Below, in pieces: positions 10,601 to 19,495 of a DNA stretch of 64,000 nucleotides. The stretch comes from an uncultured Pseudomonadales bacterium (lineage in GTDB: Bacteria > Patescibacteriota > Microgenomatia > UBA1400 > Chazhemtobacteraceae), in contig CAZUBK010000002.1 in the NCBI GenBank assembly GCA_964618725.1, positions 209,543 through 273,542 on the forward strand, given 5' to 3'. The notes below the pieces were generated by a model. That model did no database searches. It had not been told where the DNA came from and was given only the letters and a program-made list of their open reading frames with translations. The position numbers and the translations under genes were made by a program. The number at the start of each line of letters is the position of its first letter. Positions within the stretch are counted from its first letter, which is position 1.

Positions 10601-10919
10601 ACATCTGACCGACGGCTTGATAACCAAACTGACCCCAGGGGCGAAGGTAGTCTTCCATTTCAGTAATAATAGCGGTGGGATATTGGGCAGCAACTTGGCT
10701 TTTAACGAGAGGGGCAATGGCAGTATCACAGGTGACGACAAAATAGACGAGTTGATTGAGGCTAGTGAGCTCGAGGGTAATAGTAGATTGCTTCTTGAGA
10801 AGGTTTTGAATCAGGCTACCTTTTAGAACATTGCTGATGCTGGCCAAAAAGGCAGCCGTGGCTTCTGGTGTTTGTTTACTGTCTTTAGCCGAACGGATCT
10901 CGAGGATAGTACGGGTCAT
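7686..10919 (-). CDS. VirD4/TraD-like coupling ATPase fused to S1 and Nudix-like domains
   Basis: GKSGTGKS Walker A, IDPHGD, YVDEFQN Walker B, SEARKY, ANQY; S1 (GKVTSLKDYGAFVEI..GLVHVSQ); WQLPQGG. Confidence 0.9.
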   Translation of the reverse strand: MTRTILEIRSAKDSKQTPEATAAFLASISNVLKGSLIQNLLKKQSTITLELTSLNQLVYFVVTCDTAIAPLVKSQVAAQYPTAIITEMEDYLRPWGQFGYQAVGQMSLASPHYFPLKTYDKFATTDPISGYLGVMGRLPYGTAAIIQILLTKAPNNWSRIGRNVIKRGVSLDPTVFKAHPQQAVIEEKLKNKAFHVSIRLLGIAKTPNHAEDILLQIASSFGAYAQADSNALKFTKVRNKALFVQSMIDRSPLFLPRNQYLNIQELASLYHFPGELNTGLRNLTWGKTMKGEPPDNLPVDDNLTQAEREEITFYAKTEYKNRMMVYGLKLGDRRRHFYSIGKSGTGKSTLIAKMAIDDIYKGQGLAVIDPHGDLVEGILLDYIPDHRIQDVVYLDPSITDHPFHINPLEVLKPEYKDLTVSNIMSIFTKLWANVWSARMEYILRNTLATLVEVPGSTFLDLPRLLTDDAFRAAILEKVDQEENRVIHDFWNTEYNAYNDKFRNEAIAPILNKVGQFIASPKIRSIVGYPKSTVNIEELMNTKKIVLVNLSQGKVGEENAALLGAMFITQFQLAAMNRINVPEEQRIDFFLYVDEFQNFATTSFIKILSEARKYRLGLVLANQYTAQLEEPIQKAVFGNVGTIVSFVVGADDATRLIGEYGALYTQDDLVNLGKHQIINKVAIENRISSPFPAYTIPPEPELRTNNRQKVIDRSRLQFTRQKGDIHVQSLRELIPPAPPKPLPISKVDREAKKAELITQIKAGDIYAGKVTSLKDYGAFVEIIPGLEGLVHVSQMGKKFVKNPTEVLKEGEEVKVKVMEIDAENRINLTMKVEEAPQTKTPSASQPSIHPPLPKLPPLPVSHPSQPTASPVKRSFQSLPTLSDLDSIRLTGFRPTVVGCFLHNQQILLVHHKKHNLWQLPQGGVENKHTLPSAFTQKMSQELSAAFLDSFTPTLTLISQDKIEFPPDKQGGDQLATDSGEKLTMKGKHYYFLTTPCDPAKLQAPTPEYDDLLWFNFDQAVKTLKSGTTGGKLRITLNALEQLKQANLLNGSSPHTAPPPKPLPPKASSVLDYEIENEE

Positions 10920-10961
10920 GAATTGATTGTAAACGATTGGCTGGTGGGATCTCCAATGAGA

Positions 10962-11558
10962 CTAGGCCTTTGGCTCAAAGATGATGTGGTTGCGATCTTC
11001 ACTGCTGACTTTGACTTCGGAGAGGAGAACACCTTCAACAACTAGTCCTTTATCTTTAAAGAGATCATTTAGTTCAAGCTTGAGAGCTTCCTCGATTTGG
11101 GTACGACTGTTCTTTATTTCTGCCAGGGTAACTTGGGTGAAGATATTGGCGAGACGGGAACGGGAGAAAGGACGAATCACCTTGCTGACAAAGTTATCTC
11201 CAATATTCTCCCAAAGCTGCGGCGCACTGCGTTTGTCTATCTTAAAAAGGAGGGAGCCTTCGATAGTGATGCTGTGACCGTCTTGGGTGGAGGTATTGAT
11301 AGGCTCATCCCCCAGGGCTTCTTTCTGATTAATGTCAAAGCCTTTCCTGATGGTGTACTCAAGAATCTGAGCGTTAAAGAGTTTAGCGACTTGCCAAAAG
11401 GGAATCTTGAGATGGAGGCCTGGTCCCCAGACGCTAGGGAGGACTCCCCTGCCGCGGTCGTAGATACAGGCAACGTGTCCGGGGGGGACGGAGACAAAAA
11501 AACCGCCGACGACTTCATCGACGAGGAAACCAACTACAAGTTTGTCAAAATCGGCCAT
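10962..11558 (-). CDS. SPFH/band 7 (prohibitin) family protein
   Basis: VPPGH..V...G.....GPGLHLKIPFWQ, TQDGHSITIE. Confidence 0.85.
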   Translation of the reverse strand: MADFDKLVVGFLVDEVVGGFFVSVPPGHVACIYDRGRGVLPSVWGPGLHLKIPFWQVAKLFNAQILEYTIRKGFDINQKEALGDEPINTSTQDGHSITIEGSLLFKIDKRSAPQLWENIGDNFVSKVIRPFSRSRLANIFTQVTLAEIKNSRTQIEEALKLELNDLFKDKGLVVEGVLLSEVKVSSEDRNHIIFEPKA

Positions 11559-11607
11559 ATTTGAGAAATGCTACTTAAGGAGTCTTAGGTGGGTGTTTGA
11601 TTTATAT

Positions 11608-12342
11608 TTAGCTTTGTTTTGGACTAGGGGCTAGATAAGTATGATACCAGAAAAGGAGTTGTTTGACTAAGAGTTCGACTAGTGAGAAGGTTAGAGTGGT
11701 GATGATGAAGAGCTTTTTCCCGGCGGGCAGGAGGGAGAAGATGACAAAGGAGGCAATGGGCATAAAGATGGTTAGAGAGAGAAATTCGTGACGACTGATG
11801 GGTTGCACAGAAAAAAATAAAGAAAAGGCTTCGAGGACAAAGATGGCGAACGATTGAAAGAGATTGAGGACAAGGTTGGGCTGACTAAGATCGAATTGAC
11901 CCAAGAAGAGGAGATTAATAGGAAGAGGAACATTGGGCATGAAGCTATATAGTAGATGGATGTCTGCTCCCTCGAGACCGGTTTTGAAGATGCGATAGAG
12001 CATTAGGATGATAACTAGCTGGACGATGATAATAAAGGTTTCGGAGATAATGGCACCGGGACTGCTCTTGAGGATCTTTTTTTGTTCGAGCTTGAGGCGA
12101 ACAGGGTCATGGGCGAATTCCTTTTTTGCTTGAGCGATTTTTTCACTAAGACCCGCCTTCTCAGCAGCTGAACGATCAGAAGTGATACTTAAGGGAAGCA
12201 TGATTATCCGAACAATGAGGGCAAAGATGATGACGGCAATACCCATATCGGGAGTCTCCATGACTTGGCTTAGGAGCCAGTAAATACCGACGAGAATGTT
12301 GAAGAAGGGTTGGTAAATGTAGATGGTAAAAATCTCAAGCAT
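11608..12342 (-). CDS. YidC/Oxa1 family membrane insertase, second divergent paralog
   Basis: YQPFFNIL, DMGIAVII..LIVRIIMLPL, QLVIILMLY, FLGQFDLSQP. Confidence 0.8.
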   Translation of the reverse strand: MLEIFTIYIYQPFFNILVGIYWLLSQVMETPDMGIAVIIFALIVRIIMLPLSITSDRSAAEKAGLSEKIAQAKKEFAHDPVRLKLEQKKILKSSPGAIISETFIIIVQLVIILMLYRIFKTGLEGADIHLLYSFMPNVPLPINLLFLGQFDLSQPNLVLNLFQSFAIFVLEAFSLFFSVQPISRHEFLSLTIFMPIASFVIFSLLPAGKKLFIITTLTFSLVELLVKQLLFWYHTYLAPSPKQS

Positions 12343-12375
12343 AGATACAAGAAGTGTATGCCAAGAGAAATAAGA

Positions 12376-12397
12376 AGGGAAGCCGTGAGACTTCCCT
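12376..12397 (-). terminator. Terminator-like hairpin
   Basis: agggaag-ccgtgaga-cttccct after 12405..12647. Confidence 0.5.
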
Positions 12398-12404
12398 GTT
12401 GAAA

Positions 12405-12647
12405 CTAACGCATCTCGGTATAACGCTTGTCCAAAAGAACACGGTTGAGTTCAATGACATCGCGGTTTTGATCAATGATGCTGTCTGCTTTGCGGCGAAG
12501 CAGGAAAAGCTTGCTATCGCTTTTGCAGCGTTTGATGTCAGTGGCGGCGATGAATTTAGGGTCCTTGAAGGTGTCCTGGTAAATGAGCCAGCCTCCCAGG
12601 ATCAGATTGGCGACAAGTAAAATAGCGAGAATGATAAGAACGGTCAT
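12405..12647 (-). CDS. Small membrane-anchored hypothetical protein
   Basis: 80 aa, N-terminal TM, AGGAG SD. Confidence 0.65.
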   Translation of the reverse strand: MTVLIILAILLVANLILGGWLIYQDTFKDPKFIAATDIKRCKSDSKLFLLRRKADSIIDQNRDVIELNRVLLDKRYTEMR

Positions 12648-12696
12648 TTTTCACTCCTTTTTTAGAGTCGATGTGTTGTGTTGTTATTATGCCAAA

Positions 12697-13533
12697 TTAT
12701 AGGGCTTTTGTCAATTCTTTTGAGAGGTCGCGGGGGTGGAAATAGGCTGAGTGGGGAGTGACATATTCAGAGGTGAGCTTGCGCTTCATATAGAGATATT
12801 GGAGATGAAAGGCTAGGCGATTGAGAAGAGGAATGGACCCCCTACCTTGTTTTGATATATTTGATTTTTGACTTGACGAAAATGAGGTAGTGATTCCTTT
12901 ATATGCATTGGCAAGGTATTTTTTGACCCAGGAGTTTTGAGTAATGAAGCTTTGGTAGGTGGCTCCCCTATTAAGGATAGGTTTGACTTGGAGAACTTCG
13001 TGGGCGGTGTAGAGACTACGTTTGACTATTGGGACTTTGAGGGCGGACTGATCGAGCCAGAGATTATCACAGATCTTGTTGTTGACTTGGTGGGTTTGGG
13101 TGGCAGTAATGGGGCGACGAAGCCGAAGAGCTTTGAGGAGGAGGAAAACGAGAGGTCGGGTCAACCAGAGGGTGTTAGTTGAGGTAACAATCATAATGTC
13201 GATATCATCATTTGGTTTGGCATTGTCCATGGCAAGCGAGCCAGTCAGGGCGATGAATTTGATGGTGGGAAGGAGAGACAAGTACGGGAGGACACTATGG
13301 AGATGTGTGAGCTTTTTCTGTGTAAGTGAAAGGCTACGGAGGCGTCTTTGGGTCATTGTGGGATGAACTTTGGCCTTGAGAAAGGAATTGGTAGAAAGAC
13401 ATTTTTTGAGAGCGGCAGAAGAATGCTGTTTAGAGGAACAGAGCCAAAGATGGAGCTCTGTGGGAGTCAGATCATAATCAAAGAACTTGGCATATTTGAG
13501 GGAAGATTGAATGGCTGATTTGAGAGGAGACAT
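12697..13533 (-). CDS. Nucleotidyltransferase-fold hypothetical protein (CPR conserved)
   Basis: LTGSLA...DDIDIMI pol-beta-like motif; start reassigned to ATG 13533 (TATCCT-N6-ATG). Confidence 0.75.
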   Translation of the reverse strand: MSPLKSAIQSSLKYAKFFDYDLTPTELHLWLCSSKQHSSAALKKCLSTNSFLKAKVHPTMTQRRLRSLSLTQKKLTHLHSVLPYLSLLPTIKFIALTGSLAMDNAKPNDDIDIMIVTSTNTLWLTRPLVFLLLKALRLRRPITATQTHQVNNKICDNLWLDQSALKVPIVKRSLYTAHEVLQVKPILNRGATYQSFITQNSWVKKYLANAYKGITTSFSSSQKSNISKQGRGSIPLLNRLAFHLQYLYMKRKLTSEYVTPHSAYFHPRDLSKELTKAL

Positions 13534-13568
13534 AGAACAAGGATACATGGATCCACCCAAGGAGTAGA

Positions 13569-15179
13569 TTATCGAGTGGTTGCGGCAGGAACTATATTGT
13601 ATTGAGAAAGAACTTGTTGGAAGCCTTGTTGGAGAGGAGTAAGGACCTGACTTATTTGTCTTCCCTGGTTTAGACCGCTAATAGCATCTTCGAGGTACTT
13701 AATGAGCCGGGTGTTAATGCCAGTCGGGCCATCATGGGTAAGACTGGTGGTAAAGAAGGTCTTTGCAGAAGAGGCCTGTTGAAGATAGGCACCGATGATG
13801 GGGTTACTAGCAAGAGTAGTGGCGAGAGCTTTATTGGCAGGTGATTGGGCATAACCCCGCTCTTTAGTAGCGGAGTCATAGAGGATCTGTTGGGCCTGAG
13901 AGGAGGCGAGGAACTTGACGAGTTTCCAGGCTTGCTCGGGATGGGGAGCATTCTTAGGGACGCCTTCGACCCAGAAATTGGCCCAGGTAACAGCAGTGGT
14001 TTCGGGGAGTTGGGGAACAGGATAGATCTTCCAAGATAAAGAGGGATTAAGAGCTTTGATGTCGAGTGCACGCCAGGAAGGAGCAAAGATCATGGCGACC
14101 TTGCTTGCAGCAAAGGCTTGGACCGATGAAGGAAGAGTGGCGTTCCAGGAATAGTAAATGGAGTCAGGCTTGCTATATAAGGAGTAGTAATTGAGGACTT
14201 CCCCAGCCGAGTCAGGCATAGTGCGCATATTGACGCCAGCCTGGAGAAGCATTAGGGAGACGATATCGGGCCAGTGATCGACATTATTAGCAGTACCCAG
14301 GGCGACACCAGCTTGAGTGATAGTGCCAGTAACAGGGTCTTTTTGTGTCAGGACCTTGGCGGCGCTATGGAGGTCTTCCCAAGTTTGGGGTGGTTGAAGG
14401 GAGGCAGTGTCAAACATGGATTGATTGACAAAGAGTGCAAGACCTTCAAAGGTAGTGGGGACGGCGTAAATCTGGTCTCCAACGATAACAGCGTCAGAAA
14501 CGGCTTGGTAGAAGTTACTTTGGATTTCGGCAGGAGTAAGGACCGTAGTGGGAGCAGGAGAAAGACCTTGAATAAGCATGGGTAACCAGGTGCTGTGAAA
14601 ACGGACTACGTCAGGGGGAGTTGGTTGATTGAGAATAGTAGATAGTCGTTCCCGGTAGTCAACGTGCGATTGCATAGAGTAGTTAACTTTGATATCAGGA
14701 TTTTGCTTCTCAAACTCGTCGAGAACGGGTTGCATGACCTGGGAGGATTCCCAAAGACCGTGATAGATGAGAGTGGTTTGTTTGGCTTGGCTACCCCTAG
14801 AAGAGGAAAGAACCGGGAGGAGAAAACGAGTGACGAGAAAAATGATAAGTCCTAAGATCCCGAGACCCAAAACAACAAAAGGTAGGAAGCGCAAAGGAGA
14901 ACCTTGCGTGGGTAGGGTAGCGGGAACGGGAGCCGTTGGAGTTGGCTCTGGAGAAGGAGTGGGTGGAGGAAGATATTCGGGAAGAGGTGGTATCGATTCA
15001 CCCGAAGGGAGAGCGGGCTGGGATTCGGATGGTAACGAAGAAGGAGGGAGAGAGTTGGCATCAAAGATGGGAGTAATTGGTGGAGGAGAGGATGGAGCGG
15101 TGACGGGTCCCCCACTCCCGGGAAGGAGGTCGGAACTGGCGGGAGTGTCGGAACTGGGAGGTAGTGGAAAACTGGCCAT
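13569..15179 (-). CDS. Extracellular solute-binding protein family 1 (sugar ABC type) with Pro-rich N-terminus and TM
   Basis: PDVV, IYAVP..EGLALFVN..MF, PPQTWEDL, F...KVAM, AWKLVKFL. Confidence 0.9.
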   Translation of the reverse strand: MASFPLPPSSDTPASSDLLPGSGGPVTAPSSPPPITPIFDANSLPPSSLPSESQPALPSGESIPPLPEYLPPPTPSPEPTPTAPVPATLPTQGSPLRFLPFVVLGLGILGLIIFLVTRFLLPVLSSSRGSQAKQTTLIYHGLWESSQVMQPVLDEFEKQNPDIKVNYSMQSHVDYRERLSTILNQPTPPDVVRFHSTWLPMLIQGLSPAPTTVLTPAEIQSNFYQAVSDAVIVGDQIYAVPTTFEGLALFVNQSMFDTASLQPPQTWEDLHSAAKVLTQKDPVTGTITQAGVALGTANNVDHWPDIVSLMLLQAGVNMRTMPDSAGEVLNYYSLYSKPDSIYYSWNATLPSSVQAFAASKVAMIFAPSWRALDIKALNPSLSWKIYPVPQLPETTAVTWANFWVEGVPKNAPHPEQAWKLVKFLASSQAQQILYDSATKERGYAQSPANKALATTLASNPIIGAYLQQASSAKTFFTTSLTHDGPTGINTRLIKYLEDAISGLNQGRQISQVLTPLQQGFQQVLSQYNIVPAATTR

Positions 15180-15289
15180 AAAGCAGAAAAAATAATGATA
15201 AGAATTCTGTCGTTAGTGGTCCGCGTGCTAGTTTCACTAGTAGCTGTGTTTCCACTACTTTCCGGAATATAACAAAATGATAGCAAAGA

Positions 15290-17125
15290 TTGGTGGCGAT
15301 TTGGGTTAGAATAAAAACTGTAATGGAAGTAAGCGGAATCAATAAAATAAAGACCTTCAGGCTGACACATAAACATTTGTGGCAAGTTTTACATCGGGGA
15401 ATGTCAATGATAGGGATATTAATATCCCTGGTATTAGTAGTAGGACTGGCGTATGTTTTGGCATATCGAGGCAGGATTTTGCCGGGAGTGGCTGTGGCTG
15501 GAATAGAGGTGGGCAACATGACCGGAGAAGAGGCAGCCAGTCTTTTGAGGAAGGAAATAGGAACAGAGATGAAGAAGATAAAGGTTGTCTCGAATCAAGA
15601 GAGCTGGGAGATGGTACCGTCAGAAATAGGATTAGAAGTAGACTTGCCAGCAACGATTAATCAGGTTTGGTTGGTGGGGAGAAGAGGGGGATTACTGGAG
15701 AGATTGGGTCAGGCTCAAGGTAGTTTTTTTGAAGGCGTGAATTTGGGTTTGGTAATTAGGACTGACAAAGATAAATTTGAAAAGAGGTTGGCGGAGATAG
15801 AAAATGAACTGAACCAGGAAGCGGTTGAGCCGTCGGTAACACTAAAACAAGAGGGAGAGGAAAAGATGGTGGAGGTGAGTAGAGGAAAAGATGGCTGGTT
15901 GGTGGACACGGACAATTTAAGAAACTTATTGCTGGCTAAATGGAGTGTACTTCAGTCCAATGATCAGGAAGTACCAATGAAATTAATCCCCGTAGAGATA
16001 TCAGAGGAAGCGGTGGAGAAGATAAAGCAGGTGGCGGAAAAGTTGGTAGACAAGGAACTGGTGATGCGACTAGATGAAGAGAGCTGGGACTTCGCTGGTG
16101 AAGAATTGCTTGGTCTGTTGAGACCGGCAGAAACGGTAGTCTTTGATCAGAAGAAGGTAGAAAAGGCAGTGGCGGAGTTTGCAGAGGGAGTAAACAGACA
16201 ACCTAGGAATGCAACTTTTAAGTTTGAGGGTGGTAAAGTAAGAGAGTTTACTGCGAGTAGAGAGGGGCTAAGGGTCATTGAGGAAGACTTAGTAGTGAAG
16301 ATAAAGTCTGCTTACTTTTCCCTACTCGAGCAAGAAAGAGTAGAGATCTTAGTGACAGCGATAAGAACAGAGCCAAAGATAACAACGTCAGAAGTTAACA
16401 ATCTAGGGATTAAGGAACTACTCGGCAAAGGAGAGTCTACTTATTTTCATTCTATTCCCAACCGGGTACACAACGTTGGATTGGCGGCAAGTCGAATCGC
16501 TGGAGTATTGGTGGCACCAGGAGAGGAGTTCTCATTTAATGACGCTGTAGGTGAGATTTCGGGGAAGACTGGCTATAAGACAGCTTACGTCATATCAGGG
16601 GGGAGGACGGTATTGGGCGATGGAGGTGGAGTGTGTCAAGTATCAACGACTTTGTTTAGAGCGGCCTTGGCGGCAGGACTGCCAATCTTGGAGAGAAAGG
16701 CACATGCCTACAGAGTGGGATACTACGAGCAAGACTATCCGGCGGGGATAGATGCGACGGTGTATTCAGGTTCAGCAGATCTTAAGTTCAGAAATGATAC
16801 TCCAGCACACATTTTGATTCAACCAGTGATTGATACTGATAACTATTATCTAGCTTTTGAGATATATGGTACGAGTGACGGGAGAAAGGCAGAGATAAGT
16901 ACACCCAAGTTGTGGGGGCAGTCTCCCCCGCCTCCGACGCTTTACCAAGATGACCCAACACTGCCGGTGGGAACAATGAAACAAATAGACTGGGCAGCCT
17001 GGGGAGCAAAAACATCGTTTGATTACAAGGTGACAAGAAATGGCGAGACTGTTTTTGAGAAAACATTTGTGAGCACATATAGACCGTGGCAGGCGATTTA
17101 TTTGAGGGGGACGAGAGTGGATTAA
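15290..17125 (+). CDS. VanW family protein with peptidoglycan-binding (YoaR-like) domains
   Basis: RVHNVGLAA, PGEEFSFN, GGGVCQVSTTLFRA, GIDATV, DLKFRN; true start may be later. Confidence 0.9.
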   Translation: MVAIWVRIKTVMEVSGINKIKTFRLTHKHLWQVLHRGMSMIGILISLVLVVGLAYVLAYRGRILPGVAVAGIEVGNMTGEEAASLLRKEIGTEMKKIKVVSNQESWEMVPSEIGLEVDLPATINQVWLVGRRGGLLERLGQAQGSFFEGVNLGLVIRTDKDKFEKRLAEIENELNQEAVEPSVTLKQEGEEKMVEVSRGKDGWLVDTDNLRNLLLAKWSVLQSNDQEVPMKLIPVEISEEAVEKIKQVAEKLVDKELVMRLDEESWDFAGEELLGLLRPAETVVFDQKKVEKAVAEFAEGVNRQPRNATFKFEGGKVREFTASREGLRVIEEDLVVKIKSAYFSLLEQERVEILVTAIRTEPKITTSEVNNLGIKELLGKGESTYFHSIPNRVHNVGLAASRIAGVLVAPGEEFSFNDAVGEISGKTGYKTAYVISGGRTVLGDGGGVCQVSTTLFRAALAAGLPILERKAHAYRVGYYEQDYPAGIDATVYSGSADLKFRNDTPAHILIQPVIDTDNYYLAFEIYGTSDGRKAEISTPKLWGQSPPPPTLYQDDPTLPVGTMKQIDWAAWGAKTSFDYKVTRNGETVFEKTFVSTYRPWQAIYLRGTRVD

Positions 17126-17343
17126 AGGGAAACCGCCTTTTTAATAGGAGCAGGTCCGGGTGTGTATTTATCGAAGGGTTTGTTCTTTGCCGCTTCAACA
17201 GTCATTTTTTTTCTTTCCAATTCTGACTGAGTTGGGCCTAATATGGAATATTTCGGCGTAGCGGGGAGTGGTCTTGATAAAAGAGCTAGTGCTCTTTCTT
17301 TAGTGGTACCAATGTTTGGTTTTACTGTTCCTAGTTCTTCCAT
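17122..17343 (-). CDS. Small hypothetical protein
   Basis: 73-aa ORF filling the gap, TAGATT-N6-ATG start context. Confidence 0.5.
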   Translation of the reverse strand: MEELGTVKPNIGTTKERALALLSRPLPATPKYSILGPTQSELERKKMTVEAAKNKPFDKYTPGPAPIKKAVSL

Positions 17344-17381
17344 GGGTCAAATCTATCATAGTTTAGATGTAAAATGTCAAC

Positions 17382-18452
17382 ATGGTAATTCTTGCTATCG
17401 AAAGTACATGTGACGAGACGGGGACCGCCGTGGTAAGGAGATCTGGTGATGGTATAGAAGTCTTGAGCAATGTAGTGGCTTCATCGTCTGGGATGCATGA
17501 GAAGTATGGCGGGATAGTGCCAGAGGTGGCGGCGAGAGAACAGATAAAGGTGATTATTCCAACAATTAAGGAGGCTTTGGAGAAGGCAGGGGTGGAACCG
17601 AAGGACATTGGGGCGGTGGCGGTGTCTTGTGGACCTGGGCTGGTGGGGAGTCTGTTGATTGGAGTGGAGACAGCCAAAGCGCTGGCGCTGGCGTGGAACA
17701 AGCCATTATTGGCAGTGAATCATATGGAGGGACACGTGTTGGCGAATTGGATAATAAATGGCAGTGATCCCTCGACAGGTCTTCTCGGGAAGACGCACTC
17801 TGTGCCTCAGGTGCCGGAACTACCGGCGGTAGGACTGGTGGTGTCGGGAGGCCATACAGATCTAATCTACATGAAGAGTCTGGAGGATTGGCAGTGGCTA
17901 GGAGGAACACGGGACGATTCGGTGGGAGAGTGCTTGGACAAGGGAGCGCGGGTGCTGGGGTTATCATACCCGGGAGGGCCGGCGATTGAGAAAGCGGCCG
18001 AAAAAGTAAAAGAGGAAACACAAGTATACAGCCTCCCCCGCCCCCTGCTACATGAGGATACTTTTGAGATGAGTTTTTCAGGCCTTAAGTCTGCGGTGAT
18101 ACGAGAAGTAGAGAGAAGCGGAAAGGGAATGGACGAGAAGAAAACGAATCTGTTGGCAAAGGAGCTATTGGACTCTGCTGTGGAGATACTGGTGAACAGG
18201 ACGATGAAGGCGGTCGAGAATTTCAAACCAAAGACGGTATTGATGGCGGGTGGAGTGGCGGCAAGCAAGCGCTTGCGCGAAGATTTAAGATTTAAAATTC
18301 AAGATTTAGGACTTAAGTTTTTTGTGCCGGAGTTTATGTATTGTACCGACAATGCGGCGATGATTGGGGCGGCAGCGATACTTCGACCCGAGATGTTAGA
18401 TGGAAAAGCGATGTTGGAACTGAGGCCAGAACCGGGGTTGGAGGTGGTATAA
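17382..18452 (+). CDS. tsaD: tRNA N6-threonylcarbamoyltransferase TsaD
   Basis: LAIESTCDET, GGIVPEVAAR, GPGL, NHMEGH, VSGGHT, SFSGLKS, CTDNAAMIG. Confidence 0.98.
   Translation: MVILAIESTCDETGTAVVRRSGDGIEVLSNVVASSSGMHEKYGGIVPEVAAREQIKVIIPTIKEALEKAGVEPKDIGAVAVSCGPGLVGSLLIGVETAKALALAWNKPLLAVNHMEGHVLANWIINGSDPSTGLLGKTHSVPQVPELPAVGLVVSGGHTDLIYMKSLEDWQWLGGTRDDSVGECLDKGARVLGLSYPGGPAIEKAAEKVKEETQVYSLPRPLLHEDTFEMSFSGLKSAVIREVERSGKGMDEKKTNLLAKELLDSAVEILVNRTMKAVENFKPKTVLMAGGVAASKRLREDLRFKIQDLGLKFFVPEFMYCTDNAAMIGAAAILRPEMLDGKAMLELRPEPGLEVV
18281..18308 (+). repeat. Heptamer tandem repeat within tsaD
   Basis: agattta-agattta-aaattca-agattta. Confidence 0.6.
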
Positions 18453-18502
18453 TTAGCAGTAACGCACAAGATCGCTTGGCTCGATGAAAAAAGGAGAGTT
18501 AG

Positions 18503-18745
18503 ATGAGTAGAGGGAACTTCATTAGTAAACCGCGTGCAGAAATGATCTTTGACTTGGTAAATGGTCTTGATATGGTCAATGAACAGATCAAGATGTATCA
18601 AGAACTTCAAACAAGGGTTGCGACATTGCTGAAAGCGGCAATAGCGGAGCAATGCCTGGAACTGGCTATCCCTGAAGACGTTGCGTTGATTCTGGATATC
18701 GAAGGAGATTCGGTAGTAGTCAACACTATTGACGCTGAGTCGTAG
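18503..18745 (+). CDS. Small hypothetical protein (accessory cassette)
   Basis: 80 aa; TATAAT 18448-18453, AGGAG SD, terminator follows. Confidence 0.7.
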   Translation: MSRGNFISKPRAEMIFDLVNGLDMVNEQIKMYQELQTRVATLLKAAIAEQCLELAIPEDVALILDIEGDSVVVNTIDAES

Positions 18746-18758
18746 GTTTAGATTCTTA

Positions 18759-18784
18759 GATGGCACTCGAAAGGGTGCCATTTT
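18759..18784 (+). terminator. Rho-independent terminator
   Basis: atggcactc-gaaa-gggtgccat-tttt. Confidence 0.8.
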
Positions 18785-18786
18785 CA

Positions 18787-18821
18787 TTGACAAAGGTATT
18801 GGAGATGTTATAACATGTTAT
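18787..18821 (+). promoter_or_regulatory. TA promoter with palindromic operator
   Basis: TTGACA 18787-18792, TATAAC 18809-18814, overlapping palindromes atgttataacat and ataacatgttat. Confidence 0.65.
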
Positions 18822-18825
18822 TACT

Positions 18826-19071
18826 ATGTTAATGACAACACAAAAACCTACAAAAATTGGAAATTCTTGGGGGACGATAATACCCTCTTCTATCTGGAAA
18901 GAAATTGATGCAAAGCCTGATGGAGAACTGATTCTTCAGGTTATTGACAGAAGACTAGTAATTTCTGGTGAAGAAAGACCAATGAATTCAATAACTCCTG
19001 AATTTGTAGAAATGATGGAAGAAGTACACAAAAGATACGGCCCTGCTTTGGCGAAGTTAGCAAAGAAATAA
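18826..19071 (+). CDS. AbrB/MazE-type antitoxin
   Basis: KIGNSWGTIIP...; C-terminal YGPALAKLA typical of Doc-associated antidotes. Confidence 0.85.
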   Translation: MLMTTQKPTKIGNSWGTIIPSSIWKEIDAKPDGELILQVIDRRLVISGEERPMNSITPEFVEMMEEVHKRYGPALAKLAKK

Positions 19072-19072
19072 A

Positions 19073-19468
19073 ATGATAAGAGTAAGATATCTGACGCTGG
19101 AGCAGGTACTACTGATTCATGACAGTCAGATTCAGAGGTACGGCGGAAGACACGGAATAAGGGATCTCGCTTTATTAGAGTCAGCGGTGTTCCGACCACA
19201 GACTAGCTTTGCTGGAAGTGATTTATATCCATCTCTTTTTGATAAAGCGGCGGCGGTCATGCATTCGATTGTATTGAATCATGCCTTTCTGGATGGGAAC
19301 AAAAGATCGGGCGTTTTTTCCGCAGTGATGCTCTTAAAAATAAATGGTTATGATATTTTGACCAGCAGGAAAGGTTTTGAAGAGGCGACGATGAACGTAG
19401 AAAACAAAATGTGGGAGCTTGAAGATATTAGTGACTGGTTAAGGAGGAATAGTAAGAAAAGGACATGA
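19073..19468 (+). CDS. doc: Doc/Fic family toxin
   Basis: GIRDLALLESAVFRP, KAAA, NHAFLDGNKR. Confidence 0.92.
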   Translation: MIRVRYLTLEQVLLIHDSQIQRYGGRHGIRDLALLESAVFRPQTSFAGSDLYPSLFDKAAAVMHSIVLNHAFLDGNKRSGVFSAVMLLKINGYDILTSRKGFEEATMNVENKMWELEDISDWLRRNSKKRT

Positions 19469-19471
19469 AAA

Positions 19472-19491
19472 TGGCCGGCAAATGCCGGCCA
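19472..19491. terminator. Hairpin (GGCCGGC family, copy 1)
   Basis: tggccggc-aaat-gccggcca between convergent genes. Confidence 0.7.
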
Positions 19492-19495
19492 GAGG

